A DNA stretch of 64,000 nucleotides, from positions 64,880-128,879 of the forward strand of contig QGNP01000002.1 in assembly GCA_003228125.1 (NCBI GenBank), read 5' to 3'. Every line of letters begins with the position of its first letter. Positions within the stretch are counted from its first letter, which is position 1. This document shows, piece by piece, positions 58,220 through 64,000 of this stretch. Position numbers and translations under genes: made by a program. The stretch is from Chloroflexota bacterium. Its GTDB lineage: Bacteria; Chloroflexota; Dehalococcoidia; UBA2979. Under the pieces are notes generated by a model, which had not been told where the DNA came from, did no database searches, and saw only the letters and a list, made by a program, of their open reading frames with translations.

Positions 58220-59638
58220 ATGGAAAAAATTAATTTTGGCACAGAAGGTTGGCGAGGCACATTAAATACAACTTTCAATAAAAAAAATATTAATATTTTT
58301 ATATTTGCATTTGCAGAATATTTAAAAGAACAATCTGTAAATAGTAAAGTATTGATAGGATATGATACTAGGTTAAGATCTAAGGCATTCGCTAAATTTA
58401 GCGCTAAATTACTACAGCAATTAGATGTGCATGTAGAAATTTCAGAAAATTACATACATACTCCGCTATTTTCTTTTTCAGTATTAAAAAGTAAATCAAA
58501 TTATGGTTTAATTTTTACTGCTAGTCATAATCCTGCAAATTGGCATGGATTAAAAATTAAAGATCGTCATGGAACACCGATAAAAGAAGAAGAAATAAAG
58601 AAAATAATCAAAAAGCTTAAAAAAAATAACATCATTAAAGATAAAAATACAAAAAAATTAAAATTAATTAAAAAATATAACTTTGAAAAAGAATATATAA
58701 GTTCAATTTCTAAAACAATAGACACTTCTATTTTAAATAAAAATGATACGAAAATTGTAGTCGACTACATGTACGGATCTACAATAGACTGGCTAACTAA
58801 GTTCACATTTCTTGAATCAATGAAAATAAAATCAGTACACAATAAAATAAACCCAACATTCCCAGGAATAGATGCGCCAGAACCAATAGAAAAAAATTTA
58901 CAAAAAATAAAAAATGAAATGACACAAAATAAATATGATTTAGGTATAGCATTCGATGGAGATGGAGACAGATGTGGAATTTTAGATGAAAATGGTCATT
59001 ATGTTAATTCACAAATAATATATTCACTTATTACTCAATATATAGTAAGGGAACAAAAAAAACGTGGAAATATTATTAAATCAGTATCAACCACTTCACT
59101 ATTAAACAAAATTGCAATAAAGCACAATTGTAAAATAATTGAAACAAAAATTGGTTTTAAACATTTAAGTAAAAGATTAATGAATAAAAGATCTATAATT
59201 GCCGGTGAAGAATCAGGTGGGATTGCATTCAAAAATCATATCCCTGATAGAGATGGAATATTAACTGCATTGATGATCGTAGAGATATTAATTAAGAGCA
59301 AAAAAAAATTATCACAATTAATAAATGATTTATTTATTGAATATGGGGAATATTTTTATAATAGAGAAGATATTAAAATTAACAATGACATAGATTATTT
59401 ACTAGATTTTTTTACTTCTAACGAATTTACTTCTAAGATTAAATCAAAAATTATAAATATAACAAAAAAAGATGGTTATAAAATAAATTTTACTAATGGA
59501 TCATGGATATTAATTAGAAAAAGTGGAACTGAGCCTCTTATAAGAATATATTCAGAAATGAGGGCAAATAATATTTCAAACTATATAGTAAAATGCATTA
59601 AAAATAACGATATCATTTTTTCAGAAAAAACTTTTTAA
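58220..59638 (+). CDS. Phosphoglucomutase/phosphomannomutase family protein
   Basis: Active-site TASHNPANWHG, Mg site FDGDGDRCG, sugar loop GEESGG. Confidence 0.85.
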   Translation: MEKINFGTEGWRGTLNTTFNKKNINIFIFAFAEYLKEQSVNSKVLIGYDTRLRSKAFAKFSAKLLQQLDVHVEISENYIHTPLFSFSVLKSKSNYGLIFTASHNPANWHGLKIKDRHGTPIKEEEIKKIIKKLKKNNIIKDKNTKKLKLIKKYNFEKEYISSISKTIDTSILNKNDTKIVVDYMYGSTIDWLTKFTFLESMKIKSVHNKINPTFPGIDAPEPIEKNLQKIKNEMTQNKYDLGIAFDGDGDRCGILDENGHYVNSQIIYSLITQYIVREQKKRGNIIKSVSTTSLLNKIAIKHNCKIIETKIGFKHLSKRLMNKRSIIAGEESGGIAFKNHIPDRDGILTALMIVEILIKSKKKLSQLINDLFIEYGEYFYNREDIKINNDIDYLLDFFTSNEFTSKIKSKIINITKKDGYKINFTNGSWILIRKSGTEPLIRIYSEMRANNISNYIVKCIKNNDIIFSEKTF

Positions 59639-60030
59639 CGCTTCGTATATTGAGGAGCTTTTCTAGCCCTTTTTAATCCAGGTTTCTTTCTTTCTTTTAC
59701 CCTAGCATCTCTAGTTAATAATCCACTAGATCTTAATTGAGTTCTAAATGTATCATCAAATACCAATAATGCCTTTGCAATACCTTGACTTATAGCACCT
59801 GACCAACCAGATTGACCGCCGCCCGAGACTTTAATTTGAATATTAAACTTATTGATAGTATTAGTGACGGTTAATGGCGCCAGCATCTCCTGAATTAAAG
59901 AGGCTCGAGGAATAGATTTTTCAGGAGAATCACCATTAATTACTACAGTGCCATTGCCCGCATATAATCTAACTTTTGCAACACTTGTTTTCCTTTTACC
60001 AAGGCCATAATAATATTTAGATTCTTCCAT
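59635..60030 (-). CDS. rpsI: 30S ribosomal protein S9
   Basis: C-terminal RKKPGLKRARKAPQYTKR. Confidence 0.95.
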   Translation of the reverse strand: MEESKYYYGLGKRKTSVAKVRLYAGNGTVVINGDSPEKSIPRASLIQEMLAPLTVTNTINKFNIQIKVSGGGQSGWSGAISQGIAKALLVFDDTFRTQLRSSGLLTRDARVKERKKPGLKRARKAPQYTKR

Positions 60031-60047
60031 AATTTCTCCAAAACTAT

Positions 60048-60689
60048 TTATTTATTGACTTCATTAATAAGAGCAATAATTTCATCTTTTTTTAATTTTT
60101 TATCAAAAGTAATATGCAAGCTTTCAGCTTTTGCGACTAATTCTATTTTTGTCATTTTTTTTAAAGAATTTTTTGTTGTCTCATCTAAATTATTTTGAGT
60201 ATCTTTTTCAACTTTATTAAGTACTTTAGGTTTAACCTTAGACTCTTTTAATGAAACATCTCCTTTTTTAAAGTTTAATTGCGATGCATGTGGATGTTTA
60301 TTATCAGAATAAACTTTTAGCATCCTAAAAAGACTTCTTCCTCTAACATTATGAGGAAGCATGCCTTTGACTGCTTTTTCAATAATCTTTGTTGAGTCAA
60401 TGCTCATTTGTTCTTCAAAAGTTCTAGAGCGAATGCCCCCCGGATAACCAGAATGTCGATAGTACAACTTTTGTTCAAACTTTTTACCAGTAACAACAAC
60501 TTTATTAGCATTAATAACGACTACAAAATCTCCCATAATAAGACTAGGTTCGTATTCAGGCTTATGTTTACCGAGCAATAATTTACTAATTTCAGATGCT
60601 AATCGTCCTAAAGTTTTATTATTTGCATCAATTAAATGCCATTTAATTGATATGTCTTGTTTTTTTAATCTATAAGTTTTATTCATCAT
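60048..60689 (-). CDS. rplM: 50S ribosomal protein L13 with a C-terminal extension of about 70 aa (Rho_N/HeH-like)
   Basis: The L13 core runs to ...NKHPHASQ. The extra tail ends LKKMTKIELVAKAESLHITFDKKLKKDEIIALINEV. Confidence 0.9.
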   Translation of the reverse strand: MMNKTYRLKKQDISIKWHLIDANNKTLGRLASEISKLLLGKHKPEYEPSLIMGDFVVVINANKVVVTGKKFEQKLYYRHSGYPGGIRSRTFEEQMSIDSTKIIEKAVKGMLPHNVRGRSLFRMLKVYSDNKHPHASQLNFKKGDVSLKESKVKPKVLNKVEKDTQNNLDETTKNSLKKMTKIELVAKAESLHITFDKKLKKDEIIALINEVNK

Positions 60690-60700
60690 TAATCCTTAGT

Positions 60701-61450
60701 TTACTGAAAAAGAGGCATGTCATATTGAATTTTTGTTAAATTTAAACCTTTTGCAGGTGCAGTAAAATGAACACTGCCAGATGGACCATTAATTAAATTC
60801 TCAAATTCATTGACTGATATTTTATGAGTACCGACATGTTTAATTGCACCAATCATTCGTCTTACTTGATGAGGTAAAAATCCAGATGCTTGGACAAATA
60901 CTTGAATATTTTTTTCATTGCCAATCATTTTTATTGATTGTAATTGACGAATTGTTGAGTAATTTTCAGGAACTTTACCAGCAAAAGGAGACCAGTCAAT
61001 TGAATCATAAGGCAAAGTCTCGATAGCTTTTTTCATCGATTGAACATCCAAGCAATAGTTCATCTGCCAAGTAAATCTAGATTGCTGTGGCGAACGAGCT
61101 TGGCCATGCTGTATTGAATAAGTATAAAGCCTACTTATAGCATCGCTTCTCGGGTTAAAAAATGAATCAACTGTACACGCTGATTTAATTGAAATATCTA
61201 TATCAAGAAAATGATTTAAAGCTGATTGCAATTCAAAAGAATTAACTTCCTTATTTATATCAATTTTTACTACTTGACCAAAAGCATGAACTCCACTATC
61301 AGTTCTACTGGCAAATTTTGTTCTTTTATTTAGAGAGGCAAATTTAATTATAGAATCTTCTAACGTTCCTTGTACGGTACGTACATTAGGCTGATACTGC
61401 GAACCAGCAAAATTTGTTCCATCATATTCTAACAACAAAGCATACTCCAT
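60701..61450 (-). CDS. truA: tRNA pseudouridine(38-40) synthase
   Basis: ASRTDSGVHA catalytic Asp block, in the rplQ-truA-rplM context. Confidence 0.9.
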   Translation of the reverse strand: MEYALLLEYDGTNFAGSQYQPNVRTVQGTLEDSIIKFASLNKRTKFASRTDSGVHAFGQVVKIDINKEVNSFELQSALNHFLDIDISIKSACTVDSFFNPRSDAISRLYTYSIQHGQARSPQQSRFTWQMNYCLDVQSMKKAIETLPYDSIDWSPFAGKVPENYSTIRQLQSIKMIGNEKNIQVFVQASGFLPHQVRRMIGAIKHVGTHKISVNEFENLINGPSGSVHFTAPAKGLNLTKIQYDMPLFQ

Positions 61451-61462
61451 TTATTATTTATC

Positions 61463-61813
61463 CTACACAAGTTCAATTCTTGCCATTTTAGAATCGTCTC
61501 CTTGTCTATTAGGCAATTTAATGACCCTAGTATAGCCACCGTTTCTCTCAGTGTATTTTGGGGCTATTTCTTTAAATAATTTTTTAACAATTTTTTTATC
61601 ATATATAAAACTAGCCGCTTTCTGTTTAGCAATAACAGTGTCTTTTTTACCTAAGGTAATCATCTGATCGATTAAACGTCTCAATTCTTTTGCACGGGCT
61701 TCAGTAGTTTTAACATATCCATAATTAAGAACATCAGTGGTAAGATTACGCAACATAGACATACGTTGACTTGTTGGCATATCAAATTTACGTCTTTGAA
61801 TCCTATGTTTCAC
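61463..61813 (-). CDS. rplQ: 50S ribosomal protein L17
   Basis: MRHR-type N-terminus (MKHRIQRRKF), follows rpoA. Confidence 0.95.
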   Translation of the reverse strand: MKHRIQRRKFDMPTSQRMSMLRNLTTDVLNYGYVKTTEARAKELRRLIDQMITLGKKDTVIAKQKAASFIYDKKIVKKLFKEIAPKYTERNGGYTRVIKLPNRQGDDSKMARIELV

Positions 61814-61815
61814 AA

Positions 61816-62880
61816 TTAATCCTTATCTTCATCAACTAATGCTTCCATTAAAGCTTGCCCTAAAGAACCTATATCATCTCTATTAATCTCACTGCTGGCA
61901 ATTTCAGTGTCTTGCTCTTCAGATCTTTGTTCCTCTAATAAAATTGTTTTTTGACTTCTAGGCGCAGGAAACCCATGAGCTATTAATTTTCCTTTTAATT
62001 CTACATAGGACTTAAGGCCAAAATTACGTAAAGACATCAAATCTTCTTCTGGTTTTTCAAGAACAATTCCAACAGTTATAAGACCTGATCTTTTAAGACA
62101 ATTATAAGCTCTTACTGATAATCCAAGATGTTCAATTGGTGTTTCATGACCTTCAAAAGGTTTTGGTTCTTCTTCTTGAATTTCTGCTACTTCAACTTTT
62201 CCAAACTCATAAAAATTAAATAATTGATCTCTTAAAATTTCTGCAGAAATAGATAGGGCTCTTTTGCCCTCAATGGTTCCATCAGTCCAAACATCCATTT
62301 CTAATTTATCAAAATTAGTATCTTGACCAACCCTAGTATTAGTCACATTAAAATTTACTCTTCTAATTGGAGAGTAAATCGAGTCAACGGGAATAATACC
62401 AATAGTATCTGTTTTTTTATTTTGATCAGATGTCACAAATCCTCTACCACTTTGGACATACATGTCAACGCTTAATGCAGCATTAACATCAGTCAATGTT
62501 GCTAAATATAAATCTGGATTCATTACTTCGTAATCAGCAGATGTTTCAATCATACCTGCAGTTACAATTTGACCTCCAGTTACATTTAAGCTAATATTTG
62601 TTGGTCTGTCAGCAAATGCTTTTAATCTAACTTCTTTTAGATTCAAAAGAAATTCGACAATATCTTCTTTCATAAAATCAAGTGTAGAAAATTCATGTTC
62701 TGCACCTTCAATCTTCACCCAAGTTATAGCCGCTCCAGGTAAAGAGGAGAGAAGGATCCTACGCAAAGAATTTCCTAAAGTAGTTCCAAAACCTGGTTGA
62801 AGAGGTTCAGCAACGACTCTAATAAATTCACTTTCTTCTTTTTCTAAAATAACCTCAGGAATTACAAATTCGCCAGCCAC
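61816..62880 (-). CDS. rpoA: DNA-directed RNA polymerase alpha subunit
   Basis: NTD (GNSLRRILLSS) and CTD (LGLSVRAYNCLKR), with an acidic tail. Confidence 0.95.
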   Translation of the reverse strand: MAGEFVIPEVILEKEESEFIRVVAEPLQPGFGTTLGNSLRRILLSSLPGAAITWVKIEGAEHEFSTLDFMKEDIVEFLLNLKEVRLKAFADRPTNISLNVTGGQIVTAGMIETSADYEVMNPDLYLATLTDVNAALSVDMYVQSGRGFVTSDQNKKTDTIGIIPVDSIYSPIRRVNFNVTNTRVGQDTNFDKLEMDVWTDGTIEGKRALSISAEILRDQLFNFYEFGKVEVAEIQEEEPKPFEGHETPIEHLGLSVRAYNCLKRSGLITVGIVLEKPEEDLMSLRNFGLKSYVELKGKLIAHGFPAPRSQKTILLEEQRSEEQDTEIASSEINRDDIGSLGQALMEALVDEDKD

Positions 62881-62924
62881 AAAATACTCCTTTTCAAAAT
62901 AACTATTAAGTTATTAATACGAAA

Positions 62925-63533
62925 CTACCTTGAATAATACTCAACAATTGCATTTGGATTATATATAGGCTCTATATCATCCAGATTAGGCCTACTTATA
63001 ACTTGGCCTGTAAGTTTTTTTTCATCTAATTCTAACCAATTCGGATTTGTACGATTTTTAATTTCTTCTTTAAGAATTTTGACATAATTGCTATTTAAGC
63101 CTTTCTTTGTAAAAGAGATCTCATGTCCAATTTGTATATGAGCACTTGGAATATCTAACTTTTTACCTCCAACAGAAATATGTCCGTGCGTAACTAATTG
63201 CCTTGCTTGATCTCTAGTTGCTGCAAAACCTAATCTATAAACAGCATTGTCTAATCTTTCTTCAAGTAAGAGCAATAACTCATCTCCAGTTGGATTAGGA
63301 CTTCTAACAGCTTTTTCATAAACATTTCTAAATTGTTTTTCAACCAATCCATATGCATATCGAACTTTTTGTTTTTCAATTAATTGTACGCCTCTATCTG
63401 AAATCTTTTTTCTTCTAGTAGGAGGTGGGCCAGGAGGATTTGTCTTCCTAGATTTTGTAATAGATGCATTAGCAAAAATAGGCGCTCCGTACCTTCTAGC
63501 TTTTCTAACTCGTGGACCAGTGTATCTTGACAT
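62925..63533 (-). CDS. rpsD: 30S ribosomal protein S4
   Basis: MSRYTGPRVRKARRYG N-terminus and S4 RNA-binding domain. Confidence 0.95.
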   Translation of the reverse strand: MSRYTGPRVRKARRYGAPIFANASITKSRKTNPPGPPPTRRKKISDRGVQLIEKQKVRYAYGLVEKQFRNVYEKAVRSPNPTGDELLLLLEERLDNAVYRLGFAATRDQARQLVTHGHISVGGKKLDIPSAHIQIGHEISFTKKGLNSNYVKILKEEIKNRTNPNWLELDEKKLTGQVISRPNLDDIEPIYNPNAIVEYYSR

Positions 63534-63535
63534 AA

Positions 63536-63937
63536 TTACTTCCTCGGTCTTCTTCTAGCACGACATCCATTATGAGGCATTGGAGTAATGTCACGCATTG
63601 CTTTTACTTTTATTCCTGCAGAAGCAAGTGCTCGAATTGCTGCTTCTCTACCAGATCCTGGACCATTAATATAAATATCTAATTCTCTCATGCCATTATC
63701 CATGGCTTTAGACGCAACAGTTTCTGCAGCTAACTGAGCAGCAAATGGAGTACTTTTACGAGATCCTGTAAATCCAGCCGTACCACCACTACCCCAAGCA
63801 ATAACATTGCCAGAAGTATCAGTAATAGTAATGACAGTATTATTAAAGGTTGAATTAATATACGCTCTTCCTATTGGTATATTTTTTTTCTTAGCCTTAG
63901 CTTTCGAACTCTTTTGACCACCAACACTCTTTGCCAT
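63536..63937 (-). CDS. rpsK: 30S ribosomal protein S11
   Basis: [21 protein letters not shown] block and [13 protein letters not shown]-terminus. Confidence 0.95.
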   Translation of the reverse strand: MAKSVGGQKSSKAKAKKKNIPIGRAYINSTFNNTVITITDTSGNVIAWGSGGTAGFTGSRKSTPFAAQLAAETVASKAMDNGMRELDIYINGPGSGREAAIRALASAGIKVKAMRDITPMPHNGCRARRRPRK

Positions 63938-64000
63938 AAATCCTCCGTTTATTTTGCAGATTAAAAGCTTACTAATAAATCAATTAATGAGCTATAAAAT

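Noticed and set aside
1-64000. Searched by eye for CRISPR repeats, transposase or integrase genes, phage genes, toxin-antitoxin pairs and known defence-system genes
   Set aside because: I recognised none. All sizeable ORFs are housekeeping, transport or hypothetical surface proteins, and the only repeats are the short hairpins reported above.

Overview
Visibly AT-rich (about 30% GC by eye), very tightly packed chromosomal window of about 60 genes with almost no intergenic space. I recognised no mobile elements, CRISPR arrays, rRNA or defence systems. Gene content from left to right: an ilvB(partial)-ilvN-ilvC-leuA-leuC-leuD-(APH-like kinase)-leuB-cimA supraoperon; a small zinc-ribbon gene with a GC-rich structured leader; F420 genes (npdG-like, cofE); holA; lexA, interrupted by an in-frame TAA; a PIG-L deacetylase and a Nudix fusion; MFS, CNNM, MgtE and MMPL transporters; an MshC/CysS-like ligase; tRNA-His; an AapJQMP-type amino-acid ABC system; gcvT-gcvH-gcvP preceded by a SAM-I riboswitch-controlled ThrC-like/NIL/CysO-like module; htrA; tRNA-Sec; an FTR catalytic-subunit homologue; trxA; plsX; ahcY-metK; and the rpsK-rpsD-rpoA-rplQ-truA-rplM-rpsI block. 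Three observations stand out. (1) selC lies next to a ferredoxin:thioredoxin-reductase catalytic-subunit homologue whose CHC redox cysteine codon is an in-frame UGA, followed by a SECIS-like hairpin and with thioredoxin adjacent. This predicts a CH-U selenoprotein. (2) A SAM-I riboswitch sits in front of a protein-thiocarboxylate-type homocysteine module that is co-oriented with the glycine cleavage genes. (3) lexA is otherwise intact but carries a single in-frame TAA at a conserved Gly. The lineage markers (F420, MshB/MshC-like genes, CysO-like carrier, lipoprotein-anchored binding protein, GAAC-N4-GTTC-like box) suggest a streamlined actinobacterium-like organism. That placement is inference only.
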